A DNA stretch of 64,000 nt from an uncultured Nitrospirales bacterium (GTDB taxonomy: Bacteria > Hydrogenedentota > Hydrogenedentia > Hydrogenedentales > GCA-2746185). Below are positions 31,933-40,799 of this stretch, piece after piece; the stretch's first letter is position 1, and each line of letters begins with the position of its first letter. The position numbers and the translations under genes are program-made. The DNA lies in contig CAYPNI010000002.1 in assembly GCA_964411925.1 (NCBI GenBank), positions 1,653-65,652 of the forward strand, in the 5' to 3' direction. Under the pieces are notes generated by a model. The model was not told where the DNA came from. It did no database searches and worked only from the letters and a program-made list of their open reading frames with translations.

Positions 31933-33267
31933 TCACTTCTGACAAACATTCGGTGCCGGGGCGTCGGGGAGCGGCACGGCGGCCCGAATGAGCGCCTGCT
32001 GGCGCTGAAACACGGGGCCGGCGACCGGATTGCGGACGAAGACGAGGCAGAGGCCGGCAACGGCGTATGCAATGACGAAGACGATGAACGCGGCGTGGTA
32101 ATCGCCGGTGGCGTCGTGGATGAGGCCGGCGATGGGGACGCCGCTGGCCTGGATGGGGAGCATGCAGGGGCTCATGAGCCCCATGACGCGGCCGAACACG
32201 GGGCGGGGGAAGTAATCGCCGACGAGCGAGCCCCAGAGCGGCACGACGCCGCCCATGCCGAAGCCGAAGATGGCGCCGGCGATCAGGAGTTCGTGGTAGG
32301 TGGTGGCGGGGAGGAAGAGGAGCGTGGCGACGGCCTGGAATGCGAGGCAGAGGACGAGGGCGAGGCGCGCGTCCACGTAGTCGGCGACGAACCCGAAGAG
32401 GATTTTGCCGACGACGCCGACGCCGGCCGAGACGGTGAGGATGTAGGACGCTTGAATGCGCGTGATGCCGAGATCGTGTGCGTGGGGGATCATGTGGATG
32501 AGCGTGGCGGCCATGGCGAAGAAGTTGAAGCCGATGCAGAGCGTGATCGCCCAGAACGTCGCGTTGCGCAGCGTGGCGAGGGTGGAGAAGTTCGACGTGA
32601 AGCGGGGCATGGGGCCGTGCGCGCCGAGATCGTCGTTCAGCGATACGCGGGCGCCGTCGGGGTTGAGGCCGATGTCTTCGGGCCGGCTGATCACGAAGAC
32701 CCAGACGATGGGGAGGAGCGCGCCGACGGAGAGCGCGCCGAAGATGAGGAAGGTGTCGCGCCAGCCGTAGTTGACGACGAAGTAGGACGTGACGGGGGCC
32801 ATGACCATGCCGGACATGGAGACGCCGGTCGTGGCGATGCCGAGCGCGGCGCCGCGGCGCCGGACGAACCAGTTCGAGACGAGGGCGGTGCTGGAGAGCT
32901 GGCCGATGCTGACGACGCCGAGGGCGAGAAAGGTGCCGATGAGGACGTAGAACTGCCAGAGGGCGGTGATGTGCGCGGCGAGGAAGAAGCCAACGCCGAG
33001 GCTGACGCAGCCGATCATCATGAGGCGGCGGACGGACCAGGTGTCGATGAAGCGGCCGAGGAACGGTGCGGCGAGGGCCATGGCGGTGTTCATGAGCGTG
33101 AGTCCCATGGCGACGGCGAAACGGGAGGCGCCGAATTCCTTCTGGATGGGCTCGAGGAAGACGCCGTAGGAGTAGAAAATGAAGCCGGTGGCGACGAAGA
33201 GTGTGATGAAGGTGGCGATGACGATCCACCAGCCGTAGAAAAAGAGTTTGAAGTTTCGCAGGAGCAT
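31933..33267 (-). CDS. Major facilitator superfamily transporter
   Basis: 12 predicted TM helices, 444 aa. The longer 637-aa frame listed on the same strand is a GC-driven open frame in a different frame and is discarded. Confidence 0.85.
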   Translation of the reverse strand: MLLRNFKLFFYGWWIVIATFITLFVATGFIFYSYGVFLEPIQKEFGASRFAVAMGLTLMNTAMALAAPFLGRFIDTWSVRRLMMIGCVSLGVGFFLAAHITALWQFYVLIGTFLALGVVSIGQLSSTALVSNWFVRRRGAALGIATTGVSMSGMVMAPVTSYFVVNYGWRDTFLIFGALSVGALLPIVWVFVISRPEDIGLNPDGARVSLNDDLGAHGPMPRFTSNFSTLATLRNATFWAITLCIGFNFFAMAATLIHMIPHAHDLGITRIQASYILTVSAGVGVVGKILFGFVADYVDARLALVLCLAFQAVATLLFLPATTYHELLIAGAIFGFGMGGVVPLWGSLVGDYFPRPVFGRVMGLMSPCMLPIQASGVPIAGLIHDATGDYHAAFIVFVIAYAVAGLCLVFVRNPVAGPVFQRQQALIRAAVPLPDAPAPNVCQK

Positions 33268-33316
33268 TGGTTAACAGGTGAACAATCTGCCGGGAGGTGC
33301 GAATTCCGCATGGTTC

Positions 33317-33425
33317 CTGGGAGCTTGGGGCGTTCGGGGCGGCGGCTGACCCGGCGCGCGTCGTCCCGATGCTTGCGATTATACGCGAGGATGCGTACCC
33401 GTGCACTCGGGCGGGCTAGCAGCCG
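33317..33425. repeat. 109-bp direct repeat, copy 1 (108/109 identical to copy 2); carries a consensus TATAAT on the minus strand at 33378-33383, upstream of the MFS gene
   Basis: ctgggagcttggggcgttcggggcggcggctgacccggcgcgcgtcgtcccgatgcttgcgattatacgcgaggatgcgtacccgtgcactcgggcgggc[t/g]agcagccg is present at both loci. The ORF track independently shows identical MHGYASSRIIASIGTTRAGSAAAPNAPSSQ peptides at both places. Confidence 0.9.
33378..33406 (-). promoter_or_regulatory. Putative promoter inside repeat copy 1 (perfect -10 TATAAT; weak -35), oriented toward the MFS transporter gene
   Basis: The minus strand reads ...gcatcctcgcgTATAATcgcaagcatc.... A TSS would lie about 100 nt upstream of the MFS ATG. 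Confidence 0.3.
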
Positions 33426-33516
33426 CCAGGCCAGCAGCGGCGACGGGGAACCTGGGCGATGATGCCACGGATCAGCAAAATCACGCCGAGGTCGCGCGGC
33501 CCGATGCTTTGCGAAA

Positions 33517-34974
33517 TTACCAGTCTGTGACGCCGATGTCGCGCAGTGCGTCTTGCGCCTCCTTGACTCCCATTCGGGCGGCGGTCACCCAATTCTCGGT
33601 CGCCTTCTTGATGTCCTCTGGGCCCAAGAGCCCTTTGTAGTACAGATTTCCAAGTTGATACCAGGCGATTGGTTCGCCATCGCGAGCGGCGGCGGCGAGG
33701 AGCGTTGCTGCTTCGCTGTAATTTCGCGGGGCGTCGCCTTCGATGTACATCATGGCGAGACTGTACATTCCGGCTGCGTATTCGAGTGCTGCCGACTTGC
33801 CGTACCACATGAGCGCCTTCGCGCTATCTTTATTTACGATGTCGCCCCCATCACGGTAGTGATCTCCGAGACGTTTCATGGCGCGTGGCAATCCACGATC
33901 GATGGCTCGCTCGTAGAGTTCGAGCGCTGCGGGTGCGTTTCGCTCGATACCGAGTCCGTCGGCGTACATGTCGGCAAGATTAGTCATGGCGAGTTCCATG
34001 CCGTCAGCGCCTTCGCCGGCCGACGCGTAGTACCTTGCGGCGCGTTTCGGGTCGGGTTCGACGCCGATGCCATGTTGGTAGGCTGCGCCAACCAGGAACT
34101 GTGCCTCTGTAGATCCCGATTCGGCGACCGTTTTTACGAAACCGAAGACTTCGCTGGCCAGTTTCGCGGCGCCGACGGGATCTTTCGAATAAACACTGAG
34201 TCCGTGAAACATGTTTCGTGCGATCCACATCTTCGCGATTCGATCGCCACGGTCGGCACATCGCTGAAAGAGGTCTCTGGACTGCAATCGATCATTCAAG
34301 TTGCCGGTGTGAGTCTGGAGCCTCACCGCTTCCTTCCGATCGTTCGCCGTCCTCAGGTCGACGAAGGGATCCACTTTGGATTGCAGAGGTAGAGGTGGGG
34401 GCGGCTCCGGTTCCGGAAAGGCGTACCACGTCCACGCCGCTGCGATGGCTGTCGCAATCGCGAGCGTCGCGACGAGCATACTGAGTCGCCGGGGCGGACG
34501 GTGCCCCGTAGGATTGGCTTTGGGCTGCGGGGCGGCGATTGGGCCCGAAATCAAGCGCGCAAGTCTGGCAGCGACCTCCGCGGGCGATTTTTCGCGAAGG
34601 TGTTCGAACTGCGCAGCACCGACACAGTACGCCAGCGCGGGCGGGAGTTCGGCGTCATCCGCGCGCACGGGATAGATTTTCTTGTCTTCTTCGAAGGCGA
34701 GTTGGACTTCGATCTGCACGTTTCTGGACTGGTTGGCATGTTCCGAAACAATGAGAATGAGGCCGCCGGAGGCCGTGATCGCCGGAGGAATGACGGCGGT
34801 ATAGACTTCGCCGGGGTTGATGTCGCGCACGGCACTCCAGCATTTCACGCCAAGCGACTCGAGCGCGTCGCGGATCCGATTCGCAGCGACCGTGTCTTCT
34901 GTCGCGTGACTTATGAACAGATAGCCCGGCCACCTCGACTTCAAAGCTGGTCCGGGTTCGAACGTGCCGCTCAT
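33517..34974 (-). CDS. TIR domain - single TM helix - Sel1-repeat protein (paralog 1)
   Basis: N-terminal YLFISHATED...RDINPGEVY...LILIVSEHANQSRNVQIEVQLA (TIR boxes 1/2 plus a conserved Glu). TM LSMLVATLAIATAIAAAWTWYAF. About 6 C-terminal Sel1-like repeats (AQFLVGAAYQHGIGVEPDPKRAARYY..., MTNLADMYADGLGIERNAPAALELY..., etc.). Lower GC than its flanks. Confidence 0.85.
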   Translation of the reverse strand: MSGTFEPGPALKSRWPGYLFISHATEDTVAANRIRDALESLGVKCWSAVRDINPGEVYTAVIPPAITASGGLILIVSEHANQSRNVQIEVQLAFEEDKKIYPVRADDAELPPALAYCVGAAQFEHLREKSPAEVAARLARLISGPIAAPQPKANPTGHRPPRRLSMLVATLAIATAIAAAWTWYAFPEPEPPPPLPLQSKVDPFVDLRTANDRKEAVRLQTHTGNLNDRLQSRDLFQRCADRGDRIAKMWIARNMFHGLSVYSKDPVGAAKLASEVFGFVKTVAESGSTEAQFLVGAAYQHGIGVEPDPKRAARYYASAGEGADGMELAMTNLADMYADGLGIERNAPAALELYERAIDRGLPRAMKRLGDHYRDGGDIVNKDSAKALMWYGKSAALEYAAGMYSLAMMYIEGDAPRNYSEAATLLAAAARDGEPIAWYQLGNLYYKGLLGPEDIKKATENWVTAARMGVKEAQDALRDIGVTDW

Positions 34975-36254
34975 TTTTCCGGCTCCCCCTCACGAGTCTG
35001 TAGCGCAGCTTTCGCTCGCGTGCTCCCGTTTTGCGCCGCCATCGCCCACAATTCGAGCGCGGCCTGCACATCGAGCGATACACCGGTGCCTGTAATGAGC
35101 ATCTCGCCGAGTTTGAACTGCGCGTCGGCATACTGGTGATCAGCTGCCTTCTTGTACTGTTGTACGGCGCGCACGCTGTCTACGCTCACTCCGCCCCGTC
35201 CCTCGCGGTAGACATCTCCAAGGCGGGTCATGGCTCGCACGTCTCCCCGTTCCTCAGCTTTTTGATACCACCGGATTGCCTCCGCCATGTTTTGTTGTTC
35301 TCCCAGCCCTACCTCGCACATGGTGCCGAGTTTGAACATTGCGATCGCATAGTCGGCATCGGCGGCCCGGCGATACCTATCCGCGGACTCCGTGGTATTC
35401 CGTTCGATTCCGATTCCCAATTCCAAGGCGTGCGCATAAAGGAACTGCGCCTCGACAGAACCAGAGTCCGCCAGAGACTGGACGCACCGCACGACCTTAC
35501 GGGCCTTTCGTATTGCGGCGGGACGATCCAAGGGAAACATGCCGTGCTCGTTATAAAGACTTCGAGCCACCCAAAGCGCCGCAAGCGGATCACCGCCGTT
35601 GTCGGCTTCTTCAAGCAATCGTCTGGAAAGCTCAAGATTGTCCTTGCCTGGATTCTTCTCATAGAGGTCGATGGCTTGCGATCGCGTCTCATCGAATTTT
35701 CTCGCGAGATCGGCATGGCATCGGGGGAGAGACACGTATCCCCCAAGCAAGAGCAGAACGAGAATGACGAATCCTGTAATGACATGTAGCTTGGATAATC
35801 TTCTCGGAGGACGGTCCTTCTTGGCGTCCGCATTCCCGTTGGGCGACCCGCGCGCTTCGCCAGATTTGATGGCGGTTTCCAACTTCGCGACGATTTGACG
35901 AAGCGGACCGTGTCTCGCGTCGATGTACTGATTGATGCTCAGGTAGTATTGAACAGTGTCGGGGGGAAGCGTGTCATCGAGTTGTACCGTCAACACGTTT
36001 TTGCCGTTCTGCACGGCGATTTCAAGTTCACGACGGACGTGCGGCGATTGAAGCGACCACTTCGACATGATTAGGACAAGGCATGTCGATTTTCTGATTC
36101 CCGCGACGATTTCGGAAGGGTACTCGTCTCCGGCTTTGATGTCGCGAGGGGCGATCCAGCAGGGAATATCTCTGACTTCGAGTTGATTGACGATTTGTCC
36201 CGCGAGTTTCTGATCCTCGGTCGCATGGCTGATGAATGCGCGGTGCGCCGGCAT
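34971..36254 (-). CDS. TIR domain - single TM helix - Sel1-repeat protein (paralog 2)
   Basis: AFISHATEDQKLAGQI...RDIKAGDEYPSEI...CLVLIMSKWSLQSPHVRRELEIAVQ is classical TIR box 1, box 2 and the S-W...E motif. TM LHVITGFVILVLLLLGGYV. C-terminal Sel1 repeats. GAGGGAGG SD 6 nt before the ATG. ATGA overlap with paralog 1. Confidence 0.85.
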   Translation of the reverse strand: MPAHRAFISHATEDQKLAGQIVNQLEVRDIPCWIAPRDIKAGDEYPSEIVAGIRKSTCLVLIMSKWSLQSPHVRRELEIAVQNGKNVLTVQLDDTLPPDTVQYYLSINQYIDARHGPLRQIVAKLETAIKSGEARGSPNGNADAKKDRPPRRLSKLHVITGFVILVLLLLGGYVSLPRCHADLARKFDETRSQAIDLYEKNPGKDNLELSRRLLEEADNGGDPLAALWVARSLYNEHGMFPLDRPAAIRKARKVVRCVQSLADSGSVEAQFLYAHALELGIGIERNTTESADRYRRAADADYAIAMFKLGTMCEVGLGEQQNMAEAIRWYQKAEERGDVRAMTRLGDVYREGRGGVSVDSVRAVQQYKKAADHQYADAQFKLGEMLITGTGVSLDVQAALELWAMAAQNGSTRAKAALQTREGEPEK

Positions 36255-36375
36255 CGTCGGCCTCCCTCAGAATAGACAGGCCAGCTATATTGGGATGCAG
36301 CGCTAGTAAAGTCAATTTAAATTCGCTTTGCGCCTGACGTTGCGCCGAGCGACGCGGGGCGATCCGCGAGGGGTG

Positions 36376-36484
36376 CTGGGAGCTTGGGGCGTTCGGGGCG
36401 GCGGCTGACCCGGCGCGCGTCGTCCCGATGCTTGCGATTATACGCGAGGATGCGTACCCGTGCACTCGGGCGGGCGAGCAGCCG
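36376..36484. repeat. 109-bp direct repeat, copy 2; TATAAT on the minus strand at 36437-36442, upstream of the TIR-Sel1 operon
   Basis: See copy 1. It lies between the kefB-like stop (36494) and the TIR paralog 2 start (36254). Confidence 0.9.
36437..36465 (-). promoter_or_regulatory. Putative promoter inside repeat copy 2 driving the TIR-Sel1 pair
   Basis: Same TATAAT-containing sequence as copy 1. It would give a ~170-nt 5' UTR ending in a strong SD. Confidence 0.3.
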
Positions 36485-36493
36485 GATCAGCGG

Positions 36494-38245
36494 TCAATCG
36501 TGATCGGCGTCCGCGGAGAGTCCCTCGAGCAGCGCCACTTGCAGCTTGGCGTGGATGAGGATGAGTTTTTTGCGCAGAAACACGGCGAGCAGGGTGACGA
36601 TGCCGGTAACGAGCAGCAGCAGTTCGATGGGCGGCAGGATGCTGGAGCTCAGCGCGGAGATGAGAAGCGCGAACAGCAATATGGCGGCGAGCGGGATAAT
36701 TTCGGCGAGGGCCATTCGAACGCGGAGATTGGGCGCGGTGGCGCCGGATCCGCGCGACTGCGCGAGGATGATGCTGAGGCCTTTGAGTTTGCGGTAGACG
36801 GCGTAGACGAAGGGGAGCGAGGCCGTGAGCGCGGCGGCCCAGAGGAGCGCGCGCTGGTAGCGTTCGTCGAGCGCGCCGGCGCCGATCAACTCCAAGAGCG
36901 GCGCGGCGAAGAGCGCCATGCCGAGGAAGGCGGCGGCGACAAGGAGGCAATTGACGGCAATCTGGGCAAGTGTGCGTCGCACGACTTTTACCGTGAGCGA
37001 TTCGCGCCCGGAGGGCTGGGTGGACTGGAGCCAGTCGGTGTAGAGCTGGGACTCGCGCCGGATGGACGCGGGGATCACGCGGCCGATGCGGGTGGCGAAC
37101 GGATCGGAGAGGCGAATCAGATAGGGCGTGAAGAGGGTGGTGATGGCGGAGACGGCCACGGCGATGGGATAGAGGAAGTCGCTGGTGACGCCGAAGCTCA
37201 GGCCGAGCGCGGCGATGATGAAGGAGAATTCGCCGATCTGCGCGAGGCCCATGCCGACGCGGAGGGAGGTGCGCGGGCCGTTGCCCGTGACGAATGCGCC
37301 GGCTCCGCAGGCGAGGACCTTGCCGATGACGACGGCGGCGGTGATGACGGCGATGGGCCATGCGTGGCTGACGAGAATGGCGGGGTCGAGCAGCATGCCG
37401 ACGGTGACGAAGAAAATCGCGCTGAACATGTCCCGAATCGGCGCGACGAGGCGCTCGATGCGCGGAAGGTCGCGGGCTTCGGCGATGACGGCGCCGATCA
37501 TGAACGCGCCGAGGGCGACGCTGTAACCGAGTTTGAGCACAACGAGACAGAAGCCGAAGCAGAGGCCGAGGACGGTGACGAGGAGCATTTCATCGCGCTC
37601 GAACCGGGCGACGTAGGCCAGGAGCCGCGGAACGAGGAGCAGGCCGGCGAGCATGGCGACGACCATGAAAACGCCGAGTTTGCCGACGGTGCCGGCGATT
37701 TGAACGGCGTCCATATCGCCGGTGACGGCGAGGCTGGACAGTAGCGCGATGATGGCGATGGCGAGGATGTCTTCGACGATGAGTATGCCGAAGATGAGCT
37801 GGGCGAACCGCTCCTGTTTGAGCCCGAGTTCGTCGAGCGCCTTGATGATGATGGTGGTGGACGAGATGGCGAGCATGGCGCCGAGGAAGATGGAATCCAT
37901 GGACGCCCAACCGAAGAACCGGCCGATTTCGTAGCCGACCCAGATCATCAGAATGATTTCAGCAGTCGCCGCGACGAGCGCGGAGACGCCGACGCGCCGC
38001 AGCTTTCGCAGGCTGAATTCCATGCCGAGCGAGAGCATGAGCAGGATGACGCCCAGTTCAGCGAGCGACTGGATGGTCACTTCGTCGACGACGAGCGGGA
38101 AGGGCGGTGTGTAGGGGCCGATGACAAATCCGGCGAGGATATAACCCAGGACGACGGGCTGGCGGAGGTGATGGAAGATGAGGGTGATGACGCCGGCGAT
38201 CAGCATGATCACGGCGAGATCCTGAATGAAATGAGTGGCGTGCAT
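36494..38245 (-). CDS. Monovalent cation:proton antiporter (CPA2 / Kef-type) without an RCK domain
   Basis: MHATHFIQDLAVIMLIAGVITLIFHHLRQPVVLGYILAGFVIGP is the typical CPA2 N-terminus. About 13 TM helices, with a C-terminal extra membrane domain instead of TrkA-N. GGGAG SD ahead of the ATG at 38245. The ORF-track start at 38308 would add an implausible 21-aa lead overlapping the promoter-like motif. Confidence 0.8.
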   Translation of the reverse strand: MHATHFIQDLAVIMLIAGVITLIFHHLRQPVVLGYILAGFVIGPYTPPFPLVVDEVTIQSLAELGVILLMLSLGMEFSLRKLRRVGVSALVAATAEIILMIWVGYEIGRFFGWASMDSIFLGAMLAISSTTIIIKALDELGLKQERFAQLIFGILIVEDILAIAIIALLSSLAVTGDMDAVQIAGTVGKLGVFMVVAMLAGLLLVPRLLAYVARFERDEMLLVTVLGLCFGFCLVVLKLGYSVALGAFMIGAVIAEARDLPRIERLVAPIRDMFSAIFFVTVGMLLDPAILVSHAWPIAVITAAVVIGKVLACGAGAFVTGNGPRTSLRVGMGLAQIGEFSFIIAALGLSFGVTSDFLYPIAVAVSAITTLFTPYLIRLSDPFATRIGRVIPASIRRESQLYTDWLQSTQPSGRESLTVKVVRRTLAQIAVNCLLVAAAFLGMALFAAPLLELIGAGALDERYQRALLWAAALTASLPFVYAVYRKLKGLSIILAQSRGSGATAPNLRVRMALAEIIPLAAILLFALLISALSSSILPPIELLLLVTGIVTLLAVFLRKKLILIHAKLQVALLEGLSADADHD

Positions 38246-38307
38246 CGATCTCCCGGGGTTGGACGATGGGGGTTCCGGATACTCGCCAGTATACGCAAGG
38301 ATGCGCA

Positions 38308-38339
38308 CCTACTTTCTTTTTGGAAAAAAAGAAAGTAGG
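38308..38339. promoter_or_regulatory. Perfect AT-rich palindrome: 14-bp arms (cctactttcttttt / aaaaagaaagtagg) with a 4-nt spacer, just upstream of a TATACT -10-like box for the kefB-like gene
   Basis: Read directly from the sequence. It lies in the divergent kefB-like / SDR intergenic region. It is adjacent to gcgcatccttgcgTATACT (reverse complement of 38288-38306), which resembles the repeat's gcatcctcgcgTATAAT. Confidence 0.4.
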
Positions 38340-38566
38340 CAAAGAAAAATCAATGTTGGGTGGAGGGTGGATCGTGGGGCAAGTAAGAACTCCCGGGAGG
38401 GATGAGTCGGCCGGGGGTTGAAAAACGAAGCTAACTTTTGGCTTGGATTGGGTTTCGAGAATGGCACGTCGCCCCCGAAGGCGATAGTCGGGAGCTGTGA
38501 AGCCGGCGGGGTCAGCCGGTATGCTGGGCGAACTTTTACTTAACGGGTGGCGGAAGGAGCGTCGGG

Positions 38567-39349
38567 ATGAGTGCGTCGATCAGTTTAAAGGGGAAGGTAG
38601 CGATTGTGACGGGCGGGGGGCGGGGGATCGGGAAGGCGATAGTGCAGAAATTCGCGGAAGCGGGGGCCGGGGTGGCGATCGCGAGCCGGAAGATGGAGAA
38701 CCTCGAGGCGACGGCGGAGGAGTTCAAGAAGCTGCCGGGGAAAATCCTGCCGGTGGCGTGTCACGTGGGGCGGCCGGAGCAGTTGGAGGACCTGGTCAAG
38801 CGGACGGAGAAGGAACTGGGGCCGGTGGACATTGTGGTGAACAATTCGGCGACGAATATCGGGCAGGGGCCCGCGCTGGATGTGACGGACGACATGCTGG
38901 ACAAGATGGTGGATGTGAACGTGAAGTCGGCGCTGCGGCTGATCCGGCTGACGGTGCCGAGGATGAAGGAGCGCAAGTCGGGCGGGTCGATCATCAACAT
39001 CGTGTCGATCGCGGGGCTGCGGCCGCAGTACCAGGGGCTCTTGTACAGCTTCACCAAGGCGGGGCTGATCATGATGACGAAGAGCTGGGCGCAGGAGTTC
39101 GGGCAGTTCGGCGTGCGGGTGAACGCGATTGCGCCGGGCCTGATCAAGACGGATTTCAGCGCGTTCTTCCACGAGAACCCGGACCGCGTCAAGGCGATCG
39201 AGCGGACGCAGCCAATCCCGCGAATCGCGGAGACGAGCGAGCTGGGATTCGCCGCGTTGTACCTCGCTTCGGACGAGGCGTCTTTTGTCACGGGCGAGAT
39301 CCTGGTGATCGACGGCGGGGCGATGATCGGGCGCGGCGGGACGATTTGA
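38567..39349 (+). CDS. Short-chain dehydrogenase/reductase (SDR) family oxidoreductase
   Basis: [11 protein letters not shown] (Rossmann), NNSA, S...YSFTKAG catalytic Tyr/Lys. GGAAGGAG SD. Confidence 0.85.
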   Translation: MSASISLKGKVAIVTGGGRGIGKAIVQKFAEAGAGVAIASRKMENLEATAEEFKKLPGKILPVACHVGRPEQLEDLVKRTEKELGPVDIVVNNSATNIGQGPALDVTDDMLDKMVDVNVKSALRLIRLTVPRMKERKSGGSIINIVSIAGLRPQYQGLLYSFTKAGLIMMTKSWAQEFGQFGVRVNAIAPGLIKTDFSAFFHENPDRVKAIERTQPIPRIAETSELGFAALYLASDEASFVTGEILVIDGGAMIGRGGTI

Positions 39350-39575
39350 CCGCGGATCGATGAGCCGCTTCACCGCGGATCAACATCGCGGATTGCCGCC
39401 GGGACGGCGGCCCTACGATACGAGGCCGATCCGTCGCTGTTTTCGGCATGGCTGGATCGTTGGACCTGCGTCGGATGAGCCAGAAAGTCTCGTTCAACGG
39501 ATCGACGAAATGGATCTTTCTGGACGGCGCGGTCTGTGGTTCGGACGCAGTGGCGCGAAGCGATCCGATCCGCGA

Positions 39576-40679
39576 TCAGTTCCGCGAGATGGCCGCGGCG
39601 ATGGGTCGTCCGGATTTGGGTTCCGCCTTGTTGTAGTCGTGGCCGAGGAGGGCGGCGATGGTGGCGGCGATTTGGGACTGGGTGACCGGGTCGCCTCCGG
39701 AGACTTCGCCGGCGGCGGGGGTGTCCGGGCCGAGGAATGCGAACCAGACGTTTTCGGAGCCGGGGACGCGCGCGCTATGGCTTTTCCATCCGTCGGGCGG
39801 GTCGCCGCGGCCGTGATCCGTGGCGAGGATGAGCGTGGTTTTGTCGCGGTAGTGCGGGATGGATTGGACGGTTTCCCAGAGCAGGCGGACGCACTTGTCG
39901 AAGTTGTGCGCGGATTGCAGGTAGTGGTCGTAACGGCCGGCGTGGGCCCATTCGTCAGTCTCGCCGAAGGAAAGATAGAAGAGGCGGGGGTGATGCGTTG
40001 TGAGATATTCGAGTGCGGTTTCGAAGGTGAGTGAGTCGAAGGGTTCGCCCTCGAAGTAGCGGAGGGTCTCGTCTTTGAGGCGGTTGAGCAATGTCATCGT
40101 GGCGGTGGGTTTGCGTTCGAGCATGGGTTCGTAACCCCCGTTGACGTAGAAGCCGCAGCGGTCGCGGTTAAAGATCCAGGGGAAGACGTCCCATGCGCCG
40201 AAGGCCGCGACGCGTCCCTTGAATCCTGGCTGGTTGTGCATCCATTCGAAGACGGTGACGTTAGGGTTGGGGAACTTGTCGTTGCTGTCGATGCGGTCGT
40301 CCGCGAATCCACAGAGGATTTCACTGTAGCCGGGGTAGGAGAAGTTCTTTCCGTTGGTCACGGTGGCGATGCTGCCTTTGTCCTGGTTGCCGAGGACCTG
40401 GCCTTGTTTTGCGATGACGGTCCACAGGAAGGGGAGCAGGGCTTCGCGGCGGGCTTCGGGTGTGTCGCGCCAGTAGCGTTCACGAACGAGGTTGGGATCG
40501 CTGACGAAACCATCCTTCTTCGTGATGAGGGATTCTTCGGCGCCGCGGAAGGTTTCCTGCCAGCGAAGACCGTCGGTCATGACGAGGATGACGTTTTCGG
40601 TTTTATGGGTGGACTGGGCGTGGACGTCGGTCGAGAACACGGACGCGGCTAGAGTGAGGGCGGCTAGAATTCGACGCAT
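39576..40679 (-). CDS. Secreted alkaline-phosphatase-superfamily protein (phosphodiesterase/ENPP-like)
   Basis: Signal peptide MRRILAALTLAASVFSTDVHA. ILVMTDGLRW core, ATDHGRGD. The family assignment is approximate. Confidence 0.6.
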   Translation of the reverse strand: MRRILAALTLAASVFSTDVHAQSTHKTENVILVMTDGLRWQETFRGAEESLITKKDGFVSDPNLVRERYWRDTPEARREALLPFLWTVIAKQGQVLGNQDKGSIATVTNGKNFSYPGYSEILCGFADDRIDSNDKFPNPNVTVFEWMHNQPGFKGRVAAFGAWDVFPWIFNRDRCGFYVNGGYEPMLERKPTATMTLLNRLKDETLRYFEGEPFDSLTFETALEYLTTHHPRLFYLSFGETDEWAHAGRYDHYLQSAHNFDKCVRLLWETVQSIPHYRDKTTLILATDHGRGDPPDGWKSHSARVPGSENVWFAFLGPDTPAAGEVSGGDPVTQSQIAATIAALLGHDYNKAEPKSGRPIAAAISRN

Positions 40680-40799
40680 GGGGAATTCCTTTGGATTCTT
40701 GAACGAAATTAGTCGGAGTGTAACAGGAATTCGTTCGGGGTGTGTGAAAACAACGTTGGGGGTTGAAACAGCCGCCGACAGTGACGGTACAGCGACGGA

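Noticed and set aside
31493-33406. 637-aa minus-strand ORF spanning the MFS locus; 36028-36465 145-aa ORF with an identical N-terminus
   Set aside because: These are open frames created by GC bias. The real genes are the MFS transporter (31933-33267), the small lipoprotein (31493-31909) and the TIR genes. The shared MHGYASSRIIAS... peptide simply reflects the 109-bp DNA repeat.
36428-39363. Long plus/minus shadow ORFs (438 aa, 307 aa, 288 aa, 262 aa) over the kefB-like and SDR genes
   Set aside because: Compositionally biased (Gly/Arg/Asp/Glu or Arg/Pro runs) with no motifs. The opposite-strand membrane transporter and SDR frames are the coherent ones.
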